Shown piece after piece: positions 48,305 to 58,823 of a stretch of 64,000 nucleotides of DNA. Position numbers and translations under genes: made by a program. Location: NCBI GenBank assembly GCA_050253075.1, contig JBFWJS010000005.1:142769-206768 (forward strand), read 5' to 3'. Every line of letters begins with the position of its first letter. The stretch's first letter is position 1. Under the pieces are notes generated by a model. The model was not told the DNA's origin, did no database searches, and saw only the letters and a list, made by a program, of their open reading frames with translations. The DNA is from Deferribacterales bacterium (lineage in GTDB: Bacteria > Chrysiogenota > Deferribacteres > Deferribacterales > Geovibrionaceae).

Positions 48305-49560
48305 CTGAAGTTATAGAGGCTGAGGAACCTGTAGAGGAACCTCAGCCCGAACTTTCCCTCGAAGAAAAACTCGGAAACTCCCTTACAGCAGAAGATGATG
48401 AAGAGAGCATTGAAGATGCTATGCTTGAAGAACTCGGTCTGTCCGAAGACGAAGACCTTGAAGACGTAGAGCCTACATCTGCAATACAGCAGCCGAAAGA
48501 CGACGACGAACTCGGCAGCCTTATCGCCGAACTTGCCAATAACAGCACACCCGAAACAGTAGAAGAAGAAGATGTCGAAGATGACGACATAGCAGCTCTG
48601 CTGAATGAAGCTGCCGCTGAGGAAGAAGCCGTCGATGAAGAGCCGCTCGAAGATGAAGCAGACGATGACATCGAGGAACTGCTTAACGAAGCAGCAGAAG
48701 AAGAAATAGACGAAGAGGCCATATTGAACAATGTTCTCGATGAGATAGACGAGATCGAAGAGATGTTCAACGAGAAGGCCTTAGAAGAAACAGAGGAAGA
48801 CCTCGAAGACATCTTTGACGAAGAATCTGCCGAATCCGCCGAAGAAGAGATCATAGAGGCAGCAGCCGAAGAAGTTATTGAAGAACCTGCAATAGAAGAA
48901 CCGGAAGAGGAAGATGACCCGATGGCATTGCTGAAGGATCTTTCCGCTGATACTGTCGGCGAAGAGACAGACTCCTTCGACAAGCTGAAATCCCTCTCCA
49001 AAAGGATAATAGACGGCGAGCCAGTAGACCTCGGCATAAACATAAAGAGCGAGATATCCGAACTGCTCAAGCTGATAATGGAAACAAAGCAGAGAGTAGA
49101 CGAGATCGAGCCTACGATAGCCACATCAAACCAGCACATACCGAATGTTCTCAATACACTCGAGTCTGTTACAGAGACCACAGAGGATGCGACATTCACA
49201 CTGATGGAAAACGCAGATGCGCTGAACAATTATTATCAGGAATTCGTAGAGGAGATAAACGACCTCGAAGACCTGATCTATAAAAAAGACGTGGCGAGCA
49301 TAGTCAGAAAGATAGAGCATATGGAAAAGAGCATGGAAGAAGCGGACAGCATGGGCTTCAGCATCCTGCAGGCTCTGGAATTCCAGGATATCACAGAGCA
49401 GAAGCTCCGCAAGGTGATAAACTCCATAAGCGACATCGGCGCAAGGCTGGGCGCTATACTCGGCTTCATAAAACTTAAGCAGGATCAGGACCCTACAGTC
49501 GCAGACGATGCATCTCAGGATGACATCGACAAACTGCTCGCAGAGTTTGGTCTCGATTAA
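48301..49560 (+). CDS. cheZ: CheZ-like phosphatase with acidic N-terminal linker; frame open from the A run (first ATG 48421)
   Basis: TTEDAT, LEFQDITEQKLRKV (DxxxQ), C-terminal SQDDIDKLLAEFG. Confidence 0.8.
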   Translation, partial: VTEVIEAEEPVEEPQPELSLEEKLGNSLTAEDDEESIEDAMLEELGLSEDEDLEDVEPTSAIQQPKDDDELGSLIAELANNSTPETVEEEDVEDDDIAALLNEAAAEEEAVDEEPLEDEADDDIEELLNEAAEEEIDEEAILNNVLDEIDEIEEMFNEKALEETEEDLEDIFDEESAESAEEEIIEAAAEEVIEEPAIEEPEEEDDPMALLKDLSADTVGEETDSFDKLKSLSKRIIDGEPVDLGINIKSEISELLKLIMETKQRVDEIEPTIATSNQHIPNVLNTLESVTETTEDATFTLMENADALNNYYQEFVEEINDLEDLIYKKDVASIVRKIEHMEKSMEEADSMGFSILQALEFQDITEQKLRKVINSISDIGARLGAILGFIKLKQDQDPTVADDASQDDIDKLLAEFGLD

Positions 49561-49584
49561 GCCTTAATATCACGATGAATTTTT

Positions 49585-49620
49585 AAGCACCTGTGCGTTT
49601 AAAACCGCAGGTGCTTTTTT
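49585..49620 (+). terminator. Intrinsic terminator after cheZ
   Basis: AAGCACCTG...CAGGTGCTTTTTT. Confidence 0.8.
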
Positions 49621-49679
49621 ATGGTTAATTTTTCACTTATTTTTACTTATTTAGTCTTACTAAAATCTATCGTTTATTT

Positions 49680-49851
49680 TGTGGAAAACCTGTTGAAAAG
49701 AATATTTATTTTAACGTTATTCGATATTGACTTTTCAAAAAAATAATACGAATCCTTATCCATCAATTACTTACATAAAAATCAAGCTATTCGTGGGTTT
49801 TAGGTGTCAAGAACTTTTTTATCCACAAAATTGTGGAATAAATGTTTATAT
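49680..49851. repeat. DnaA-box cluster element with IHF-like site, copy B
   Basis: TGTGGAAAA 49680, TGTTGAAAA 49691, TTATCCACA 49819, TGTGGAATA 49832, CATCAATTACTTA 49761; offsets match copy A. Confidence 0.75.
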
Positions 49852-50010
49852 TTTTTCGGTGTTATAAAAAAAACAGAAAGTTTTGATAAACTTAACTGTG
49901 CTGTTCAATTTTTAGGCAAAAAAAACATCCGTAAATTTTTTTTACATCTTTCTAAAAAAGCCACATATTCCTTGCATACAAAAGCATTTTTAATTTATAA
50001 ATGATGTCAG

Positions 50011-51903
50011 GTGACACAAATGACAAATGACCAGAGAACAGTATTCGGCACATTCAAGGATGCCTGCCGTAGATATAACGATAACACGGCTTATATATAC
50101 AGAGTACGCGACGAGGAATTCACTGTTACATACCAGAAGTTCCTCGAGGACGTGTTCATACTCTCACGTACTTTCGCCAGACACGGCATCAAAAAGGGGA
50201 CTAAGGTTCTCTTCATCTCAGACAACAGATATGCGTGGATAGTCACCGACCTTGCCATTGCATCCCTCGGCGCAATACTCATCCCCAGAGGGAGCGACAC
50301 TCCGGTGCAGGAGATGCAGTACATAGCCGAACACTCCGGCAGCGAATACGCCATTTTCGAGACGGAGCAGGTTCTGGAAAACTCCGAAGAAGTCATAAAG
50401 AGCATCAAGTTCAAAGAGATATTCCTTGTGGAAGGAGAAGACAAGAAACGCTTCTTCAGCAAGATACACACATACAATGCCATAATGGGCGATAGAAAAT
50501 ACACCGAAGACGAGCTTGAGAAATTCCTCGAGAGCGAGCCGTCCACCATAGACGACATCTTCACCATCATATACACATCAGGCACAACAGGACACCCGAA
50601 AGGGGTTATCCTCACCAATCGAAACCTGATGCATAACCTAGACATCATACCCGACCTGATAAAGCTGAAACACGACGATAGCTGGCTGTCTATCCTCCCT
50701 GCATGGCACATATTCGAGCATGCGGTGGAGCTCGTAGCAATGGCAAACGGCTGTACGCTGATATATTCGGGTGTGAAGACTTTCGCAGCGGATCTTGAGC
50801 ATTATAAACCGACCATCGTGGCGACAGTACCGCGTGTGTGGGAAGCTCTCTATGCGAAGGTGCTCGCCGCCCTTGAAAAACAGAGTGAAAAGAAACTGCG
50901 TATGTTCATGCTTTTATGCAGGGCATCCGCATCATATAACCGTCAGATGAGAAGGCTGAAAGACCAGCTCCCCGTTTTCGAAGAGAAGAATATCTTCTCT
51001 CGCTACGCCTGCAAACTCGGCTCACTGCTGAAGCTCATAGCGCTAACCCCGCTGAACATGCTCGCAATGAAGAAGTTCGAGGCGGTACAGCAGAAATTCG
51101 GCGGAAGGCTGAGGCTGGCAGTCAGCGGAGGCGGAAGCCTGCCCGCATACCTCGAGACATGGCTGGATGCCATAGGTCTGCGTATAGTAAACGCATACGG
51201 CATGACAGAGTGCGCACCTGCCATAGCAGGGCGTATCATCGGCTGCGAGGTGCTCGGCACACTCGGACCTCCCGTACCGGGAACAGAGCTCCGCATTGTG
51301 GACGAAGACGGCGAGATACTCCCCTTCGGTCAGGAGGGAGAGATACAGATACAAGGACCGCAGGTCTTCCCCGGGTATTACGAAATGCCCGAGGAGAACG
51401 AAGTATCCTTCACGGAGGACGGCTATTTCCGCACGGGCGATCTCGGTATGCTGACTAAAACAGGCGAGCTGAAGATCACAGGACGCATCAAGGACATCAT
51501 AGTCCTCGCCAACGGTGAAAACATCGACCCTACAAAGATAGAGTCCGCTATCACTATGCTCCCTTTCATAAAGGACGCAGTGCTCGTGGGACAGGATCAG
51601 AAGAGCCTCGGTGCTCTCATCATCCCCGACTTTGACAAGCTGAAAGAGCACATGAGCAAGAAAGCGGGCGATCTGGCACACGACATAGACGTAAACTCAA
51701 AGCAGATGATAGACAGCGTGAAAAAAGAGATAAACAAGCTGCTCACAAGTAAAAAGGGCTTTAAATCCCATGAAAAGCTGCATAATCTCTCTTTCCTCGA
51801 CAAGGATTTCAAGCTGGGCGAAGAGCTGACAAACACGCTGAAAAAGCGTCGCCACATCATAGAAAAGAAGTATAAAGAGATCATTAACTCTCTCTTTAAA
51901 TAA
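50011..51903 (+). CDS. Long-chain fatty acyl-CoA synthetase (AMP-binding)
   Basis: IYTSGTTGHPKG, YGMTE, GYFRTGDLG, GRIKD. Confidence 0.9.
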   Translation: MTQMTNDQRTVFGTFKDACRRYNDNTAYIYRVRDEEFTVTYQKFLEDVFILSRTFARHGIKKGTKVLFISDNRYAWIVTDLAIASLGAILIPRGSDTPVQEMQYIAEHSGSEYAIFETEQVLENSEEVIKSIKFKEIFLVEGEDKKRFFSKIHTYNAIMGDRKYTEDELEKFLESEPSTIDDIFTIIYTSGTTGHPKGVILTNRNLMHNLDIIPDLIKLKHDDSWLSILPAWHIFEHAVELVAMANGCTLIYSGVKTFAADLEHYKPTIVATVPRVWEALYAKVLAALEKQSEKKLRMFMLLCRASASYNRQMRRLKDQLPVFEEKNIFSRYACKLGSLLKLIALTPLNMLAMKKFEAVQQKFGGRLRLAVSGGGSLPAYLETWLDAIGLRIVNAYGMTECAPAIAGRIIGCEVLGTLGPPVPGTELRIVDEDGEILPFGQEGEIQIQGPQVFPGYYEMPEENEVSFTEDGYFRTGDLGMLTKTGELKITGRIKDIIVLANGENIDPTKIESAITMLPFIKDAVLVGQDQKSLGALIIPDFDKLKEHMSKKAGDLAHDIDVNSKQMIDSVKKEINKLLTSKKGFKSHEKLHNLSFLDKDFKLGEELTNTLKKRRHIIEKKYKEIINSLFK

Positions 51904-51942
51904 ACCTCTTGCTATATTAATAAACTCAGCTAATTTCATGTT

Positions 51943-53700
51943 ATGAACAAATTCCTGCCAACCACAAAAGAAGAGATAGAATCCCTCGGATGGGACAGAC
52001 CCGACGTGATAATCGTATCGGGCGATACTTATCTGGACAGTCCGTATAACGGCGCCGCACTCATCGGCAGACTGCTGCAGTCCGAAGGATACAACACAGC
52101 CATAATAGCCCAGCCGAATATCGACACAGACGAAATAGCGAGGCTCGGCGAGCCGAAGCTCTTCTGGGGAGTGACATCGGGCTGTGTGGACTCTATGGTG
52201 GCAAACTATACCGCATCGAAAAAGCCGAGACGCTCAGACGACTTTACCCCCGGAGGAGAAAACAACCGCCGCCCCGACAGAGCAGTCATCAAATATACGA
52301 ACACCATCCGCAAGCATTTCAAAGACACTGCACCGATAGTGATAGCGGGGATAGAAGCATCGCTCAGGCGTGTGACCCACTATGACTTCTGGTCTGATAA
52401 ACTGCGCAGGTCGATACTGTTCGACTCAAAGGCAGACTGCCTCGTCTATGGAATGGGCGAAAAGGCAGTGCTGGAGCTGGCGAAAGGCACGGCACCGAAA
52501 GACATCCGCGGCATCTGCTACATATCAAACGACATACCCGACGGATACATCACCCTCCCCTCCCATGCTGAATGCGAGGCGGACAAAGACACCTTTACGG
52601 AGATGTTCCATACATTTTATAAAAACTGCGACTACATAACAGCCAAAGGTCTGGCGCAGATGCAGGACACCAGATATCTGGTGCAGAACCCGCCTGCAGT
52701 AGACCCCACCCGTGTGGAGCTGAACAGCTATCACGAACTGCCGTACACATACGAGGTGCACCCGTACTATGCAAAGGACGGACACGTCAAGGCAATGGAC
52801 ACCATAAGAAACTCTGTGACGACCCACAGAGGATGCTACGGCGAGTGTAACTTCTGCGCTATATCCATGCATCAGGGGACAAGGATAGTCGAGCGTACCG
52901 AAGCCTCTGTCGAAGCGGAAGTAAAACGCTTCATGGAAAAGAAGGGCTGGAACGGCATCATAAACGACATCGGCGGTCCGACGGCGAACATGTACGGCAT
53001 AGAGTGTAAAAAGAAGAAAGAACAGGGACGATGCGCAGACAAACGCTGCCTTTACCCGAAGATATGCCCGCAGCTCGGCATCAACCATAAATTCACAAAC
53101 TCGCTCCTCTCCCGCATACGAAAGCTGGACGGGATAAAGCGTGTTTTCATAGCATCGGGCATCAGATACGACATGATAATGGACGATAAGAAATTCGGTT
53201 CGCAGTATCTAGAAAACCTTGTGCGCTTTTACGTCTCAGGTCAGCTAAAAATTGCCCCTGAGCACAGCGAACAGGAAGTGCTCGACATGATGGGCAAACC
53301 ATCTGAAAAAGTGCTGAAAGACTTCGTAGAAGCATTTTATAAAGAGAATAAGAAGCACGGAAAGAAGCAGTTCCTTACATACTATATGATAGCGGCACAC
53401 CCGGGTTGCGAGATACATCATATGGAAAAGCTGAAACGCTTCGCATCCCACGAGCTGAAGATAAACCCCGAGCAGGTACAGATATTTACACCGCTACCTT
53501 CGACATATTCGTCTCTGATGTACTACACAGGCAAAGACCCGTTCACAGGGAAAAGCATATATGTGGAAAAAGACCCTGCCAAACGCACAAAGCAGAAGGA
53601 AGCTATCACCAGCACGCCTGAAAGACGCCCTGTAAGACCGGCGTCAAAGCCGAAGCGCAATAACAGGCCGAAACCGAAAGCGAGGCCGAAGCCCCGCTGA
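51943..53700 (+). CDS. YgiQ family radical SAM protein
   Basis: MVANYTASKKPRRSDDFTPGG, HRGCYGECNFC, GGPTANMYG, LKIAPEH. Confidence 0.9.
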   Translation: MNKFLPTTKEEIESLGWDRPDVIIVSGDTYLDSPYNGAALIGRLLQSEGYNTAIIAQPNIDTDEIARLGEPKLFWGVTSGCVDSMVANYTASKKPRRSDDFTPGGENNRRPDRAVIKYTNTIRKHFKDTAPIVIAGIEASLRRVTHYDFWSDKLRRSILFDSKADCLVYGMGEKAVLELAKGTAPKDIRGICYISNDIPDGYITLPSHAECEADKDTFTEMFHTFYKNCDYITAKGLAQMQDTRYLVQNPPAVDPTRVELNSYHELPYTYEVHPYYAKDGHVKAMDTIRNSVTTHRGCYGECNFCAISMHQGTRIVERTEASVEAEVKRFMEKKGWNGIINDIGGPTANMYGIECKKKKEQGRCADKRCLYPKICPQLGINHKFTNSLLSRIRKLDGIKRVFIASGIRYDMIMDDKKFGSQYLENLVRFYVSGQLKIAPEHSEQEVLDMMGKPSEKVLKDFVEAFYKENKKHGKKQFLTYYMIAAHPGCEIHHMEKLKRFASHELKINPEQVQIFTPLPSTYSSLMYYTGKDPFTGKSIYVEKDPAKRTKQKEAITSTPERRPVRPASKPKRNNRPKPKARPKPR

Positions 53701-53707
53701 AGCCGTT

Positions 53708-56479
53708 CTAAAAAGAAGTGCTGAGGTTCAGCGCCTGATCCCCTCTTTTTACGTTTAATGTATATTCCTTACCCTCCTGCGCATACAGAAGCGAAACTCT
53801 GATGTCGCTGAGGTTGTGTATCTTTCTTCCGTCGAATCCCGTGATATAGTCGCCGTCCTTCACACCCGCACGCTCGGCAAGGGAGCCTTCGGACACTTTC
53901 GCCACGTATAGCCCTTCGTCCTTCTCCTCTACCATCACGCCTATCTTAGGCGATGCGACGTATTCTATCGGGTCAGGGTGCAGGATATAGTCGCCTATCC
54001 CACGGTCAAACTCTTCATCCTGAACAACTATCACGCCTTTGATACCCGTGCGTCTTTCAAACCTTTTGGCTATGCCGTAGCCATAGCGGACATGCCCGTT
54101 CCCCGCCAGTATCACCATAGTCTTTTCGGGATGAGCTTCCACATAGTTAGCTGCCGTATCTGCCATTGTCTCATCCCAAAGTATCTGAGCCTGATAAAAG
54201 TTTTCGAAGTTTTTGCCCATGGCGTGCATGCCGAAAACACTGTGCAGGAATGATTTATACATCCCGCCTGTGTACTCTATGTCGGAAGGTATCTGCCCGA
54301 TCTCGTCTTCGCTGAGGGATGGAATCCCGCCTGCGGAGACCTTTTTGGTGATCTCCTGCTCCAGATTCAGCGCTATGAGAGGTATGCCGAGCTCCTTTGC
54401 ATAGTCGAATATAGGCTTATAAAGGCGGAAATCGAAACGCCACCTTGAAAAATACTCTGACTTCAGGAGCATATCCCCCTGCGATATCTCACCCTTAAGA
54501 TATGCATCCAGAACAGGCTGAAACCTGCGCTGGAACATCTCGAGCCCGACGGCGACATCTTTGCCCGCCTCATTCAGTTCTTTTATAAACTGAAGCTGGC
54601 TGTCGTGGTGTGCGTAGTCGTCGTGATTCTCGCCTATCAGAAACGCCTTAGCGTCCAGATTAGCCTTTACTATATCGCTGATCTCCAGAGGCTGCTGCAC
54701 TGCTACTCCCCCTTTGCTGTTGGTAATGTTTATCACTATTCCGTTTTCGCTTTCATCGGTGACCTTTTCAAAGCTGCGCCCGCCGTTCAGCACCAGAGCC
54801 GAATATTTGCCGTAGTGGCTGATGCGTGCAGAGGATCGGTTAACGGCATCCGTATCCTTCCCTATCACCAGATAAGACATCCGGTCGAGCCCAACAGGGG
54901 ATTTAATCCCCTTCACCATGAATTCCCCTGTGAAGTCTGTGGAAATGAGCGGGTACATCTTTTTAAATGCCTTATTACCGCTGCCGAGGAATATCATGAT
55001 CTTGTCCGTATACATCCTCGGGTCTTTATCGTCGGAGATGACCTCCGCCTCGGAAATGCTCTTTATGAAGCCTGCGTACTTCGCCTCTTCTGAGGGGTTC
55101 ACGAATATCACCTTTGCATATTTGCTGTAGAGGTGGTTCAGGCTCGGGCGGAATTCGCCTTCGTCGAGCATCCTCGCTGTTTTATACTCTGGGTCTATGA
55201 TGAGCTGAACAGGGACATCATCCGTGTGTATCTCGTCGGGTTTGCCCCCTTCCTTGATGTACAGATAGTCCTTGTATTCCTTCCCGCTCTTGTCCTTTAC
55301 CACTACTTCCAGCGGATATTCGAGCCATTTGTATTTGTTATCCACCTGAATGTGGAGCTTATACCCTTCGACATCCTTGATGACCTTCAGGTCCTTTATG
55401 TCAAAGTCCGCCAGGGCTGTCTCCGCCATCCATCCGTCGAGGAAGTCTCTGAGGTGTATGCCGCTGACATCCTCCATCGTGGCGATGATGTCGTCCCATC
55501 TGGCGGTTTTGAATTTATATCTGTCTATGAATATGCGTATTGATTTTTCAAAGTCTTCCCTGCCGAGGATAGTTTCCAGCATGGTGAAAACCATCATGCT
55601 CTTAGCATATCCCACAGCCTGCGACTGCTTGTCTTTGTTATAGTGAAAGCCCATGAGGCATGTGCCGTCTTCCTTTTGTCTGGCGTGTGCCATATAGCCG
55701 AGCAGGGCGTTCTTGCGGTATTCTCTGTCTGTCTTATCCAGCTCTGCGTAGAGCCTGTCGGCGAAGTACGTCGTCAGCCCCTCTGCCCAGTTGCCGTCCT
55801 CATAGTCTGTCTCTACGGCTACGCCGAGCCACTGATGCACCAGCTCATGTCCGAGGGAAACATCTGTCAGGAAAGGCATGGCGATGATACTGCCTGATAT
55901 GAACGTCATGGATGTGAGGGCGTGCCCTGCGGGGTAAGGAACCTCGACAACATTGAACCTGTCGTATGGATAGTCGCCCAGTTTCTTGGTATATATATCG
56001 AAAAGCTCTTTCAGCCTGTCGAAATAGACAGGGGCGAGCCTGCGGTTTTCCACTGAAAAGTATGTGGAGATATCTATCCCCTTATAGCTTGCGGTCTCCT
56101 TCACCCATTTATCTGAAAAGGCGATGGCTATCCCTGCGTGTGGATTGTCAAATTCGTATCTGACGCCTGAATAAGTCTTTTTTGACCTGTTGCTCTCTGT
56201 GACCAGCATATATTCGTCAGGCATGAAGACATACATATACATCCCTGCACCTTCGGGGAGCTTCGGCATCCAGTCGCCGTATACGACAAACGTGTGTCCG
56301 TCGTTGTAGTACGCTTTTTTCAGATCAAAGGCAAAATCCTGCCTCTCACCGTTGAACTCTACCATCCCTGTGAGTGTATTTTCGGACGGGTTAATCCGCA
56401 GTGCGACCTGTGCGTATTCTTTTGCAAATGCTGAGAAAGATATGGTTAATAACAATAGGATCAGAAGGGATTTCCTCAT
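53708..56479 (-). CDS. Exported M1-like aminopeptidase + ChaN-like domain + PDZ
   Basis: Signal peptide; HELVH...NWAEGL zinc motif; IGENHD..HH..Q, LEMF, AQILWDETMA, AGNGH; C-terminal PDZ (GSLAERAGVKDGD). Confidence 0.82.
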   Translation of the reverse strand: MRKSLLILLLLTISFSAFAKEYAQVALRINPSENTLTGMVEFNGERQDFAFDLKKAYYNDGHTFVVYGDWMPKLPEGAGMYMYVFMPDEYMLVTESNRSKKTYSGVRYEFDNPHAGIAIAFSDKWVKETASYKGIDISTYFSVENRRLAPVYFDRLKELFDIYTKKLGDYPYDRFNVVEVPYPAGHALTSMTFISGSIIAMPFLTDVSLGHELVHQWLGVAVETDYEDGNWAEGLTTYFADRLYAELDKTDREYRKNALLGYMAHARQKEDGTCLMGFHYNKDKQSQAVGYAKSMMVFTMLETILGREDFEKSIRIFIDRYKFKTARWDDIIATMEDVSGIHLRDFLDGWMAETALADFDIKDLKVIKDVEGYKLHIQVDNKYKWLEYPLEVVVKDKSGKEYKDYLYIKEGGKPDEIHTDDVPVQLIIDPEYKTARMLDEGEFRPSLNHLYSKYAKVIFVNPSEEAKYAGFIKSISEAEVISDDKDPRMYTDKIMIFLGSGNKAFKKMYPLISTDFTGEFMVKGIKSPVGLDRMSYLVIGKDTDAVNRSSARISHYGKYSALVLNGGRSFEKVTDESENGIVINITNSKGGVAVQQPLEISDIVKANLDAKAFLIGENHDDYAHHDSQLQFIKELNEAGKDVAVGLEMFQRRFQPVLDAYLKGEISQGDMLLKSEYFSRWRFDFRLYKPIFDYAKELGIPLIALNLEQEITKKVSAGGIPSLSEDEIGQIPSDIEYTGGMYKSFLHSVFGMHAMGKNFENFYQAQILWDETMADTAANYVEAHPEKTMVILAGNGHVRYGYGIAKRFERRTGIKGVIVVQDEEFDRGIGDYILHPDPIEYVASPKIGVMVEEKDEGLYVAKVSEGSLAERAGVKDGDYITGFDGRKIHNLSDIRVSLLYAQEGKEYTLNVKRGDQALNLSTSF

Positions 56480-56521
56480 AATCAAACCTCAAATAAATAA
56501 GTTGTTATAAGGTATAATAGG

Positions 56522-57472
56522 TTACCTGCTGACAAACATCCAGCGGTAAAAAACTTTATCAGGCATGGCACGGAAGAGCCTGACAAGTATGGCGACCAAT
56601 AAAACAGAAAAGACTGTGCGGAGGAAAAGTATCCCCGAAAGGTGTCCGCCGATAGCCATCATAACAAGAGTGTCCTCTATCATAGAGTGGCATATCCCCA
56701 TGAACCCGAGGCTGAAAAAGATGTCTCTGTGGCCGATGCTCCCCGATGCCGCCTCTTTGAGTATGAGGCCGCTGCCGTATGTGAGCCCGAGGGTGAAGCC
56801 GACAACAGTGGTGTAAGCCGCCTGTTCGCCTATCCCCATCACTTTCAGCAGAGGACGGCAGAGCATGTTTATCACTTTTATAAAGCCTATCTTGTCCAGC
56901 AGCTTCATAAGAGCCACAAGGCAGAGGATGATCATAGCGATATACGCCAGATTCAGCACCTCGCCATATGCCCAGCTTATGAGGTTGTCCTCTCGGGCGA
57001 CAGGTGCATAAAGTATAGTGACAGGCTCCTGCAGCAGGTTGAATGCTTTATAGAAAACATTGAGAAACATTCCGAATATAAGGGCAGAGCCGAAACGGAA
57101 GACGAACATGGCACGCAGACGTGTGCCCGCTTTTTTGCTGATCTGCAGCTCCACGGGGAAACCGTGCGCCATCAGCATCATAGAAGCCATCACCGTAGCC
57201 TGTGCCACAGTGAGATCCACATCCTTTGCCAATGAGGCAAAGACTATGACGCCTCCGTACAGGTTTGTCGCTATCGCACTCGCCCAAGCTAGCCCCATCT
57301 CTCCGGGCAGACCCGTAAGCACCATCAGAGGCTGGAGAACCCTGCCGAAAAGCTCGACAAGCCCTGTCTCTTTCAGCACCTTTATGAGTATTATCATAGG
57401 CACCAGCACCCTGAAAAGCGGGATGCATATATCAATTGTCTCACGGAAAATGGCGATAACTGTTTTTATCAT
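56522..57472 (-). CDS. Nucleoside-recognition (gate) domain membrane protein
   Basis: PLM..GLPGE, GFTLGLTYGSGLI, ICHSMIEDT. Confidence 0.75.
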   Translation of the reverse strand: MIKTVIAIFRETIDICIPLFRVLVPMIILIKVLKETGLVELFGRVLQPLMVLTGLPGEMGLAWASAIATNLYGGVIVFASLAKDVDLTVAQATVMASMMLMAHGFPVELQISKKAGTRLRAMFVFRFGSALIFGMFLNVFYKAFNLLQEPVTILYAPVAREDNLISWAYGEVLNLAYIAMIILCLVALMKLLDKIGFIKVINMLCRPLLKVMGIGEQAAYTTVVGFTLGLTYGSGLILKEAASGSIGHRDIFFSLGFMGICHSMIEDTLVMMAIGGHLSGILFLRTVFSVLLVAILVRLFRAMPDKVFYRWMFVSR

Positions 57473-58665
57473 ACAAGCCTTGTTACTTCGTAGTGCTGGC
57501 TGAGTGTGTCCATCACTTTGTCTATGTGGTCGTATCCTCTGGTCTCCAGAGAGATATTGACACGTGAAAGTCCCACGGGGATGTTCATGTCGTTACGCAC
57601 ATGGACTATCTCGTGGATGTTCGCCTGAAGGTTGCTTATCACGGTACTAAGCTGTGTAAGCGCACCGGGCACGTCCCTCAGAATGATGGAAACCGTCATA
57701 AACCTGCCTGTGGCGGTCATGCCTCGGTTTATCACTCTGTTTATGGTGGTAACGTCTATGTTACCACCTGAAACCACCAGAACAGTGGTCTTATCCTTTA
57801 CGTCTATCTTGCCCGCCAGTACGGCAGCAAGCGGGGCAGCACCTGCACCCTCTACAACGAGCTTCGCACGCTCGATATATTCCAAAACACCGAGAGCTAT
57901 CTCGCCCTCTGTCACAGTTACCAGCTCGTCCACACAGTTCTGACAGTGTTTCAGAGTCAGCTCGCCGACCTTTTTAACCGCTATCCCCTCTGCGAATGTA
58001 GCAGAAGTGGAAAGGCTGACCACACGCCCCTCAGAGAGAGAGTTGACCATCCCCGCAGCCTCGGCAGCCTGCACACCGATGACCTTTATACTGCTGTCGA
58101 ACCCCTTAACATACTCGGCAACACCTGAGACAAGCCCGCCCCCGCCGACAGGTACGACTATCTGGTCTATGTCGGGGTTTTCATTGAGTATCTCATATGC
58201 GACACTCCCCTGCCCGGCTATGACGTCTGTGTCGTCAAATGGGTGTACGAAGAAAAGCTTTTCCTTTTCGGCTATTTCAATAGCGTGCTTATACGCATCT
58301 TCGAAAGATGCACCGTGGAGGATAACTTCCGCACCGTGGTCTTTTGTGCTGTTCACCTTTACCATAGGGGTGAACTCAGGCATAACGATAACGGCACGAA
58401 TGCCCATCGTCTTTGCGCTGAAGGCAACGCCCTGTGCGTGGTTTCCCGCTGATGCGGCGATGACGCCGTTACGGCACTCATTCTCATGCTTCAGCATGCA
58501 GTTCAGCGCTCCGCGTATTTTGAATGAGCCGGTACGCTGAAGGTTTTCCAGTTTAAAATATATGTCCGCATTCAGCCTTTCCGAAAAATTATTCGAATAA
58601 TAAAGCGGCAGATGCTTGATATATTTACGTATTCTAAAGTAGGCTTTTGTTATATCTTCAAACAT
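57469..58665 (-). CDS. ilvA: Threonine ammonia-lyase with C-terminal ACT domain
   Basis: KLENLQRTGSFKIRGA, ASAGNHAQG, PVGGGGL, SGGNID, DVPGAL. Confidence 0.9.
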   Translation of the reverse strand: MFEDITKAYFRIRKYIKHLPLYYSNNFSERLNADIYFKLENLQRTGSFKIRGALNCMLKHENECRNGVIAASAGNHAQGVAFSAKTMGIRAVIVMPEFTPMVKVNSTKDHGAEVILHGASFEDAYKHAIEIAEKEKLFFVHPFDDTDVIAGQGSVAYEILNENPDIDQIVVPVGGGGLVSGVAEYVKGFDSSIKVIGVQAAEAAGMVNSLSEGRVVSLSTSATFAEGIAVKKVGELTLKHCQNCVDELVTVTEGEIALGVLEYIERAKLVVEGAGAAPLAAVLAGKIDVKDKTTVLVVSGGNIDVTTINRVINRGMTATGRFMTVSIILRDVPGALTQLSTVISNLQANIHEIVHVRNDMNIPVGLSRVNISLETRGYDHIDKVMDTLSQHYEVTRLV

Positions 58666-58774
58666 GGGATTATATTAGTCTTCTAACCTTTATTTTACAA
58701 GCATTTCCTTTTCGGCACAAATCCCGGAAAATAGTAATGCTTTATAACTATATTTTGATGTTCATGAAACTGTA

Positions 58775-58803
58775 TTGACATGCCTAAACACTTGTTCTAT
58801 ATT
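58775..58803 (+). promoter_or_regulatory. Sigma-70 promoter of permease-thioredoxin operon
   Basis: TTGACA-N17-TATATT. Confidence 0.75.
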
Positions 58804-58823
58804 TCTTTCCAGAGGTAAACACC

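Noticed and set aside
49680..49851. oriC
   Set aside because: No dnaA/dnaN/gidA nearby and the element occurs twice; kept as a DnaA-box cluster only
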